In this document: positions 1-6,785 of the stretch, one piece after another
Numbering within the stretch: position 1 is the stretch's first letter
How the letters are laid out: each line of letters starts with the position of its first letter
Assembly (NCBI GenBank): GCA_903896595.1
Contig: CAITYL010000398.1
Coordinates: 7,084 to 71,083, forward strand
Length of the DNA stretch: 64,000 nt
Source of the DNA: an uncultured Lentisphaerota bacterium
GTDB lineage: Bacteria; Verrucomicrobiota; Lentisphaeria; Oligosphaerales; CAITYL01
Direction: 5' to 3'
Made by a program: the position numbers and the translations under genes
The notes under the pieces: generated by a model
What the model was told of the DNA's origin: nothing
The model's input: the letters and a program-made list of their open reading frames with translations, nothing else
The model's database searches: none

Positions 1-106
1 TGGATCGGGAGGTGGTAATAGTCTTTGCGGCCGATGGCACAGTGATTCTGAATCAGGCGAGAAACCGAAAAGAGGTATCGGGAACCCACAGGCGAACATG
101 AAAAGG

Positions 107-1432
107 TTACCGCAAAGCAGTCGGTAGGCGCTCACGGGGAAGCTTGTGCTTGTTGACCAGTGCAGACCGAATCGTCCAGTCCGAGACCTGAAAGTGCTCC
201 GTAGCCGCGGCGATAGCGTCCTCTTCGAGGCCTTTTTCGTCGGTGAAAGCATCCAGATCACACCAAGGGCACAGCAGTTCCTGGGCGAACGCACGTTCGC
301 ACTTCTGCATCGCCGTTCCAATGTCAGTAACTGCCAGGAAATGGTCTTGCTCAGAAGCGAACAGAGCACCGGCCATCACACGCGCAAGATGGAAACGCTG
401 ACGCTCGATGCGAGCACTTGGCACGGTGACTTTGGCGCGTCCGTGCTTGTCTTGTCGGTAGCCTCCCTGCAAGACCCCAAGTCCAGAGAAGGGCATCGGT
501 AGCGCTGCACCAAGACATTCGGCAAGCTTGTCATTCGTCAACGGCCCAGACACCTGGCCCAGTTGCTGCCGAACGGCAACCGCCATGCGCGTTCCTCTTT
601 GCCATGGCAGTTCAGAACGCCCATGCCTGACAAGGGGCTTGAGCCAACTGAGATCAATTTCCTGACGGGAATTGCGGAGGAGCTCCACTGCTTCGCCGGC
701 TGCTGAGAGTCCCCCCGGCAGTCGAGGAAGCGCGGCGACAAGCTCATTGATGGCGGCGGGTCCGACGCCACGCCCCAACTCCTCGACACCGCACAACCAA
801 TCGTTTGGGGCCTCGCCTGGGTCGATTCCGGCGGTGGCTTGCAAGCGACACGCGCGCGCCAGTTTCGGATTTGACCTCTCCGCAGCCAGTTCGTCCTGAA
901 GTTCGCGCAAGTCGCGGTCCTGCCCCCGGCAGGCAGACAAACGTTCTCGAACCTGGTCAACCAGACTGTCCACTGCCGCTTCGAAGTCCGCCGCTGGCAC
1001 GTCCAGCGTCGCGTCGGTGAGGTAACGAATCGCGGCCACATCGCAAGTCTCTTCTGCATTGGCCTGTACTTGGATGAACTCGCTGTCGCTTGATATGACG
1101 AGGGGTGGCCAAGCAAAGCCTTCACCGATGGCCGCCAGCGAGTGTGCATACAGCCAATGGTCGTCCCGTCGGGGCGATTCCCAGCGCAAGCGCCACCAGT
1201 TGACGAGCAGCCAGCGGGCAAATGCATACGCCGAAACATTGATCTGTTTGCGAACCGTCAGGGAACTTGCGTCGTAAACCTCGGTGAAGCACGTTCGGGC
1301 GTTTTCAGGTCCTGCGTCGATGCGCAGAGACGCAAGTGTCGCTTCCCGGTCAGGATCACCGTTCCAACCCCCAAGCCAGTCGCAGATATGGAAGTCAATC
1401 GCTCTCATGGGCTTTTGTTCCATGCCCGACAT
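107..1432 (-). CDS. hypothetical protein with degenerate ImmA/IrrE-like C-terminal region
   Basis: 441-aa ORF with balanced, non-shadow composition. C-terminal FHLARVMAGAL ... ERAFAQELLCP mimics the HExxH ... E-x2-A-x-FA-x-ELL-x-P layout of ImmA/IrrE (M78) domains but lacks the catalytic Glu and second His. Overlaps upstream ORF 1405..1884 by 28 nt. Confidence 0.6.
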   Translation of the reverse strand: MSGMEQKPMRAIDFHICDWLGGWNGDPDREATLASLRIDAGPENARTCFTEVYDASSLTVRKQINVSAYAFARWLLVNWWRLRWESPRRDDHWLYAHSLAAIGEGFAWPPLVISSDSEFIQVQANAEETCDVAAIRYLTDATLDVPAADFEAAVDSLVDQVRERLSACRGQDRDLRELQDELAAERSNPKLARACRLQATAGIDPGEAPNDWLCGVEELGRGVGPAAINELVAALPRLPGGLSAAGEAVELLRNSRQEIDLSWLKPLVRHGRSELPWQRGTRMAVAVRQQLGQVSGPLTNDKLAECLGAALPMPFSGLGVLQGGYRQDKHGRAKVTVPSARIERQRFHLARVMAGALFASEQDHFLAVTDIGTAMQKCERAFAQELLCPWCDLDAFTDEKGLEEDAIAAATEHFQVSDWTIRSALVNKHKLPRERLPTALR

Positions 1433-1884
1433 ATTTCTTTATAGAATGGATCGCTTCGCCGGATGGGATAACCGTGGTATGCACTTTTTATGCTACCGCC
1501 GTGTATTGCCTCGAAGACGTTCCCGCCCTCATCCACCACCCAAATTTCCTTGGGGAAGCCATCGGCGTCAGCTGTTTCGCTGACGAGCCCGTGCTCAATG
1601 CCACGGTGGAGAAGACGCCGTGCCTCTGCTTTTTTGAAGATTCCGGCCTCGTCGCACAACGTCTTGTCGGGCCGCGGTGAGGCCGGTGGCGTCAATCCGA
1701 AGTCGCCCGGATTGCGTTTATGCACCGGGTTTCCTTCATACGTTGCACCTGCGAGGAGCGTCCGTTGCGCTTCCGTAAGGGGGGTACGACGAATCGTGCG
1801 CCTTGTCGCACTCCGAAATTGCTGCGCCTTCGTTCCCATCCGAATGAGCCTCAGAACCTGCTGATCGCCAAAGTGCCCGCCCAT
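1405..1884 (-). CDS. small basic hypothetical protein, upstream partner of 107..1432
   Basis: 159-aa ORF; alternative start at M16 (ATG 1839) with GAGG about 11 nt upstream. Motifs YEGNPVHKRNPGDFGL and C-terminal AYHGYP. No family recognised from memory. Lies in a visibly lower-GC stretch. Confidence 0.5.
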   Translation of the reverse strand: MGGHFGDQQVLRLIRMGTKAQQFRSATRRTIRRTPLTEAQRTLLAGATYEGNPVHKRNPGDFGLTPPASPRPDKTLCDEAGIFKKAEARRLLHRGIEHGLVSETADADGFPKEIWVVDEGGNVFEAIHGGSIKSAYHGYPIRRSDPFYKEICRAWNKSP

Positions 1885-2053
1885 GCCTCAGAGCAGAGCG
1901 GTCGAGTCTCCGCACTCACTCCAAAGTTAGCCCCATTCGTCTGTTAATCAACCCTGCCACCGTAAAGCAGGCAGCGCTGACGAATTTGATTTGTGCTAAT
2001 ACATCAACCGAAATCAGCCCGTAAAAACTGGTTCTGTTAAGAATCAATGGCGG

Positions 2054-2935
2054 TCACGGCCGGGGCACCTGCCGACGGAATTCCTTGGGCGACAGGCCGA
2101 TGGCCTGCTTAAACCGCCGGGAAAAATGAAACGGGTCGTGAAACCCCAACTCCGCGGCAATCTGATACACCGGATCGTCGTTCTCCATCAGCCGCCGGCA
2201 CGCCCGCCGCAACACCTCGCCCGCCCGATACTGTCCCGGCGTCTTGCCGGTCAAATGCAGAAAGCGTTCCCGAAACGACGAGTAGGACATGTTCAGCTCC
2301 GCGGCCAGGCCGGTCAGCGCCGGCGAGGTCAGGGTGCCCCCGGCCAGCCGCTTGCAGACGGTCTCGCGCCAGACCAGGGTCTCCGCCGTCTGCCGGCCGG
2401 CCGCCTCGGCCTGCAAGGCTTCGGCCAGCAACTGTTGCAGACGGCACAGGCGCACCAGCGGGGTCTCCGCCGGGGTGCCGGCGGCCGGCTGGACGATGGC
2501 GGCAAACCGCCCGAGCCAGTAATCCACCGGCTCCAGCAACAGCAACCGGCTCTGCGCCCCGGGATAGCCCTGGGTCTGCCAGGTGTCGAACAACGGCCCG
2601 CCAAACCACATAAAAAACTCGCTCCAGCGGCTGCCGGGCCGGGGACCATAACTTTGGTTAACCCCCGGGCGGGTCCACATCAGAGTCCCCTTGCGCAAGA
2701 CCGTTTTCACCCCGGTGTCGTCCACATAGTCCGCCTCCCCTTCCAGTGTGTAAACCAGCAGGTTGTGCGGCGTGGGCCGGAAAAAATCCGGCGGCGGCGC
2801 ATGGGCATGGGTGGCCTGACTGCCCCATTTCGTGCCGGCATACAGAATCTGGCCCAAGGAACAAACCACCGGTTGCAAGGCATGAACGGTGACCGGCCCC
2901 GGCGTGCTGAAATACAGGTTGGCATCGTGATTCAT
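2054..2935 (-). CDS. AraC/XylS family transcriptional regulator
   Basis: C-terminal double helix-turn-helix typical of the family: LAAELNMSYSSFRERFLHLTGKTPGQY ... IAAELGFHDPFHFSRRFKQAIGLSPKEFR. N-terminal cupin-like sensor part. Confidence 0.85.
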   Translation of the reverse strand: MNHDANLYFSTPGPVTVHALQPVVCSLGQILYAGTKWGSQATHAHAPPPDFFRPTPHNLLVYTLEGEADYVDDTGVKTVLRKGTLMWTRPGVNQSYGPRPGSRWSEFFMWFGGPLFDTWQTQGYPGAQSRLLLLEPVDYWLGRFAAIVQPAAGTPAETPLVRLCRLQQLLAEALQAEAAGRQTAETLVWRETVCKRLAGGTLTSPALTGLAAELNMSYSSFRERFLHLTGKTPGQYRAGEVLRRACRRLMENDDPVYQIAAELGFHDPFHFSRRFKQAIGLSPKEFRRQVPRP

Positions 2936-2979
2936 GTCATAAAATACATTAAATCTGTCATAATGGCCATTCCAAGCTT

Positions 2980-3021
2980 GGAAATAAATGTTATCTTCTC
3001 GTCATGGTATACATTTATTCC
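2980..3021. promoter_or_regulatory. inverted repeat in AT-rich divergent promoter region (candidate operator)
   Basis: ggaaataaatgt (2980-2991) and acatttattcc (3011-3021) are reverse complements apart from one extra a. They sit between the divergent AraC gene and the isomerase-like gene in the only AT-rich stretch here. Confidence 0.3.
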
Positions 3022-3047
3022 CCAACATAGGAGCACGCCGCCGCAGC

Positions 3048-3992
3048 ATGGCCAAACAACACTACGAAGCCAAAAACGAGCGCATTCGGGCCGCCTTCCA
3101 GGAGCTCCGAAAAACCCATCCTGAGCGGACGAAGCGGCGCCTGGCGCTGTCCTGGAGCAACTGGGGCTTCGGCCGGGAGCCACTGGCGGACTCCGCGGCA
3201 CGCCTCCAGGCGGCCGGCATCCGACATATCGAACTGCATGGCAACCATTACGGGCCGGACCTGGGTTACCGCCCGGCCGAAACCCTGAAGATCCTGGGCG
3301 ACCATGGTCTGGCGGTGGCCGGCGTTTGCGGCATGTTTTCGGCGGACAACGATCTCTCCAGCAACCGGGCCGGCCACCGGCAGGCCGCCCTTGATTATAT
3401 CCGGCGCGAACTCGACTTCACCGCCGCGGTGGGCGGCAGCTATCTGCTGGTGGTGCCGGGCGCGGTCGGCCGACCGGCCAAGTACGATGATGCCGAGTTT
3501 GACCGCAGTGTGGAAACGCTCCAACTGGTGGCTGACCGCTTCGTTGAGCGCGGCATCCAGGCGGCGGTCGAGCCGATCCGCGCCGCCGAGGTCAGTTTCT
3601 GCCATACCATTGCCGACGCCAGGCGCTATCTTGACGCCGTCAACCATCCCGGCATCCAACATATCAATGGCGACGTCTATCACATGCAGGTCGGCGAGGC
3701 CCATATACCTTCGGCCCTGCTGGAGGCTGGCGACCGCCTGGTCAACCTGCACCTGGCCGACAGCAACCGCTGCGCCTTGGGCGACGGCGCGCTGGACCTC
3801 GACACCCTCATCATGGCGCTGTATCTGCTGGGCTTCAACCGGGACGGCTGTTACGCCACTCCCGAACCGCTCGGCCCCGGCGGCGACCCCTACCCCGCCA
3901 TGCACGGCAAGCCGAACCCGGCGGTGCTCGACCGCCTGGTGCAACAAACCGCCACCTATTTCCGCGAACGCGAAAACGCCATCCTGGCCTGA
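3048..3992 (+). CDS. sugar phosphate isomerase/epimerase (xylose isomerase-like TIM barrel)
   Basis: Motif pattern of the AP-endonuclease-2/xylose-isomerase-like barrel: IRHIELHG, YLLVVPGAVG, AAVEPI, NLHLADSNR. Start moved from the track start (2988) to ATG 3048; AGGAG at 3029-3033. Confidence 0.8.
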   Translation: MAKQHYEAKNERIRAAFQELRKTHPERTKRRLALSWSNWGFGREPLADSAARLQAAGIRHIELHGNHYGPDLGYRPAETLKILGDHGLAVAGVCGMFSADNDLSSNRAGHRQAALDYIRRELDFTAAVGGSYLLVVPGAVGRPAKYDDAEFDRSVETLQLVADRFVERGIQAAVEPIRAAEVSFCHTIADARRYLDAVNHPGIQHINGDVYHMQVGEAHIPSALLEAGDRLVNLHLADSNRCALGDGALDLDTLIMALYLLGFNRDGCYATPEPLGPGGDPYPAMHGKPNPAVLDRLVQQTATYFRERENAILA

Positions 3993-4006
3993 TCGAGTTT
4001 CGATTA

Positions 4007-4208
4007 TGTTGGGAACCCCCTTTTAAGGAAAGGCGGTTCCCAAACCCTCCGTCAAACCTGTTTGTACCTTTTGCGGATTCCGCAGGCCGCCCATGTGCGG
4101 CAGGCCATGATTGGGACATGTGGGGCGGCCTGCGGAATCCGCAAAATGAAACAAAAGTTTTGGGAAGGGGTTTGGGGAGCACCCTTTTCCAAAAGGGTGG
4201 CCCCAACA
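4007..4208. repeat. ~200-bp palindromic MITE-like intergenic element, copy 1
   Basis: Termini tgttgggaaccccc ... ggccccaaca are inverted. The inner 21-22-bp perfect stem is ttgcggattccgcaggccgcc(c) 4071-4092 with (g)ggcggcctgcggaatccgcaa 4123-4144. Near-identical copy at 29468..29653. Confidence 0.85.
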
Positions 4209-4225
4209 AATTTGAGGTATTGCGA

Positions 4226-5806
4226 ATGAGCAAGTTAGGACAGGTTAATACCACGGACATAGCGGCGGCGATCCGGCTGGGGTGCCGGACCATGCAGAGC
4301 ATGTTCAACCGGGATGACCACGACATCCCGTTCTTCAACACCTGGGTGCGGCCAGATCCCGTCATGCAGTTCAGCGCCGCCCACAGTGAGTCGCACACTC
4401 CGGGCCGGCATCTGAATGCGCTGCTGAACGCGGAGGACGCCGCCGGCATTGAGATTGATGAAACGGCCATTGAAAAGCATCGGCGGGCCGCCTTTTTTTC
4501 CTATGGCGGCCCCGTGCCGCTGCCGCTCAACCGCCAGGTCATCGACGGGCCGCTGGTCAACTTCTGTCCGCACAATATTCGGGAAGGCTTTCACGCCCTC
4601 TATGTTTTGGTCAAATACCGGGGGGACGCACAGGCCCGCGACCTGGCGGAGCGGAGCATTGCGGCCATCTTTGAGTTCTGGACGCCCGCCGGCGGCTGGA
4701 ACCAGACACGGCTCCGCGAACTCGGCCTGAACTATCAGGAATGCCAGGGGTTCATCCATGGCGAGGCGCGGATGCTCGGGCCGCTGGTCAAGTATTACCG
4801 CGCCACCGGTTCCGCCCGGGCGCTGGAACTGGCGCTGTTGCTGAAAGAGAAGGCGATCACAGAATGCTTCCTGCCGGACGGCGAGTATGCCGAAGAACGG
4901 TTCATCACCCGGCACGCCCATTCCGTCACCTGTGTCATGTCCTCGCTGGCGCAGCTCGCCGACCTGCTGGACGACGCCTCCCTGTTGCTGCGGGTGAAGG
5001 CGTTCTATGACCAGGGGCTGTGGCAGCTCCGCGACGCCATCGGCTGGTCGCCGGAGTCCGTGGGGCAGCGGGACAGCGACCACGGCGAAGGCAACAACAC
5101 GGGCGACATCGTCGAGACGGCACTGATTCTCGGGCGCTGGGGCTGGCCGAACTACTACCAGGATGCCGAGCGGATTCTCCGGTGCCACCTGCTGCCGTCG
5201 CAACTGCAGGATGTTTCTTTCATCCAAGCTCCGCCCAACCCAAAGGGGGAAGACGGCTTGCGCGAGGTGGCCGACCGGCACCTGGGCGCCTTCGGGTTCC
5301 CCGCGCCGTACGGGCACGAGTCCGTCGGTCCGGGCCGCGGCGGCGCGGTGTCGTTCAACCTGGACATTGTCGGCGGGGTCGTTGGTTCCTTGTGCGAGGC
5401 GTATCGGGAAGCCGCCGTCAGCCGGCCGGCCGGGCACTGGGTCAATCTGTTGTTTGACCGCGAGACGGCCGGCCTCCGCGTGTACTCGCCGTATACGCAT
5501 GACGCCCTCACGATTGAGGTTCGCAAAGCCGCGCCATTGTGGGTGCGCCTGCCGGCATGGACCGATTTCAGCACCGTAACGATTGAGGGAACAGAAGAAC
5601 CGCCGCGCCGGATCAACGGCTACCTCTTCTTCGCCCAGCCGACGGTGGGGAAACCAATTCGCATCCGCTTCCCGCTGAACGAGCAACAACTGACACTTTC
5701 CGGAGCGGTGCATATCCAGCCGATCCGCGTTCACCTGCGGGGCGACGCCGTCGTGGCCATGGACAATTTCGGCGCCGACCTTACCTTCTTTGATGCTTAC
5801 GCCTAA
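4226..5806 (+). CDS. hypothetical protein, possibly an alpha/alpha-toroid glycan-active enzyme
   Basis: 527-aa product from ATG 4226 (GAGGT at 4214-4218). The track start 4118 runs through the palindromic repeat. Helix-rich sequence with HAHS ... EGNNTGDIVETALILG ... ERILRCHLLPSQ. Family not recognised with certainty. Confidence 0.7.
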   Translation: MSKLGQVNTTDIAAAIRLGCRTMQSMFNRDDHDIPFFNTWVRPDPVMQFSAAHSESHTPGRHLNALLNAEDAAGIEIDETAIEKHRRAAFFSYGGPVPLPLNRQVIDGPLVNFCPHNIREGFHALYVLVKYRGDAQARDLAERSIAAIFEFWTPAGGWNQTRLRELGLNYQECQGFIHGEARMLGPLVKYYRATGSARALELALLLKEKAITECFLPDGEYAEERFITRHAHSVTCVMSSLAQLADLLDDASLLLRVKAFYDQGLWQLRDAIGWSPESVGQRDSDHGEGNNTGDIVETALILGRWGWPNYYQDAERILRCHLLPSQLQDVSFIQAPPNPKGEDGLREVADRHLGAFGFPAPYGHESVGPGRGGAVSFNLDIVGGVVGSLCEAYREAAVSRPAGHWVNLLFDRETAGLRVYSPYTHDALTIEVRKAAPLWVRLPAWTDFSTVTIEGTEEPPRRINGYLFFAQPTVGKPIRIRFPLNEQQLTLSGAVHIQPIRVHLRGDAVVAMDNFGADLTFFDAYA

Positions 5807-5870
5807 CCGCCGCGCCCCTTGTGGTCTTCTGTTCAAAGTAGTAAAAAACCAGCAACCCCCAATTCGCCCT

Positions 5871-6542
5871 ATGAACAATCCCCCGCCGCCGTCGCTGGCC
5901 GTCTTCAGCCACTGGCAAGGAAAAAGCTGGAACGCCCTGGGCGACAGCATTACCGAGTTTGACCAGTACCAGCCCAGGGTCCAGGCGGTGCTTGGTTTCA
6001 AACGGGTTGCCAATTACGGAAAAATCGCCACGGAGATCTGCGACGGCAAAAGCCCCCAGTCGTCGGACCAGGCCCTCTACGGCTTGCCGATGAGCATCCG
6101 TTATGCCGAGATGGACACGGCCGCCGACCTGGTGACGGTGTTTGGCGGCACCAACGATTTCGGCCACAACGAACCGCTGGGCACCCTCTCCGACACCACG
6201 CGCGCCACCTTTTACGGGGCGCTCAAGGTCATGCTGGAAGGCATCATCACGGCCAACCCGGCGGCCCGGGTGGCCATTTTCACGCCGCTGCAGCGGACCT
6301 TTGCCGGCGATCCCGGAGTGACCGGCATGACCAACGCCCTGGGCCTGCAACTGGTTGATTACGCCAACGCGATCCTGGAAGTGGCGGCCAGCTATTCGGT
6401 GCCCGTGCTGGACCTCTACCGGACAGCCGGCATTTCGCCGCAAAATGCAGCCTGTTTTCTGGCCGACGGCATTCACCCCAACGCTGCCGGTTATGAACGC
6501 ATCGCAAGACAAATGGCCCAGTTTCTAAACCGCATCGCCTAG
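5871..6542 (+). CDS. SGNH/GDSL family hydrolase
   Basis: Block I GDSITE, block III GGTNDFG, block V DGIHPNAAGY. Start set to ATG 5871, after the previous stop at 5806. Confidence 0.85.
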   Translation: MNNPPPPSLAVFSHWQGKSWNALGDSITEFDQYQPRVQAVLGFKRVANYGKIATEICDGKSPQSSDQALYGLPMSIRYAEMDTAADLVTVFGGTNDFGHNEPLGTLSDTTRATFYGALKVMLEGIITANPAARVAIFTPLQRTFAGDPGVTGMTNALGLQLVDYANAILEVAASYSVPVLDLYRTAGISPQNAACFLADGIHPNAAGYERIARQMAQFLNRIA

Positions 6543-6561
6543 TACCTCATAAAGCTTAAAT

Positions 6562-6753
6562 ATTCACCACGAAGGCACGAAGGACGCGAAGTTTGATCGA
6601 AGAGTTTCGAAGAAAATTCAAGTATAAAAAGCGATCTCACATTTCGCACGGTTTGAAACATTCTGACTACTGGCTACTGAATTCTGGCTACTTTTGCAAT
6701 TTCCTCAAGCCTCTTCGATTTATCTTCGTGCTCTTCGTGTCTTCGTGGTGAAT
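6562..6753. repeat. triplet-unit hairpin element (arms attcaccacgaaggcacgaaggacgcgaag / cttcgtgctcttcgtgtcttcgtggtgaat)
   Basis: 30-nt arms at 6562-6591 and 6724-6753 are reverse complements with 4 mismatches, 3 of them G-T. Each arm is three tandem 8-nt units (cacgaagg-like). A further pairing is tcgaagag 6597-6604 with ctcttcga 6711-6718. Confidence 0.85.
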
Positions 6754-6785
6754 CAGAACGTCTTACTGTTACAAGGAACCATGTC

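Noticed and set aside
2008-2021. 12-nt match cgaaatcagccc shared with 39909..39920
   Set aside because: Dozens of 12-mer coincidences are expected by chance in 64 kb, and there is no extended similarity around them.
4118-4225. N-terminal extension of the 4118..5806 ORF; also ORF 29115..29924 and small ORFs across 29321..29681
   Set aside because: These stretches are the palindromic MITE-like repeat, and a copy of the same DNA occurs in a non-coding context. A proper ATG with an SD exists at 4226.
4235-6013. 592-aa minus-strand ORF (and similar long ORFs 2126..3124, 3015..3947, 5781..6512)
   Set aside because: They are antisense to motif-bearing genes. Their products are Arg/Gly/Ala/Pro-rich with no recognisable motifs, which is typical of shadow ORFs in high-GC DNA.
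6562-6753. Triplet-unit hairpins interpreted as rho-independent terminators
   Set aside because: Apart from 22694..22717 (a separate small hairpin with a T-run), and perhaps 39698..39747, none is followed by a U-tract on the strand of the upstream gene. Several have loops far too long for intrinsic terminators.
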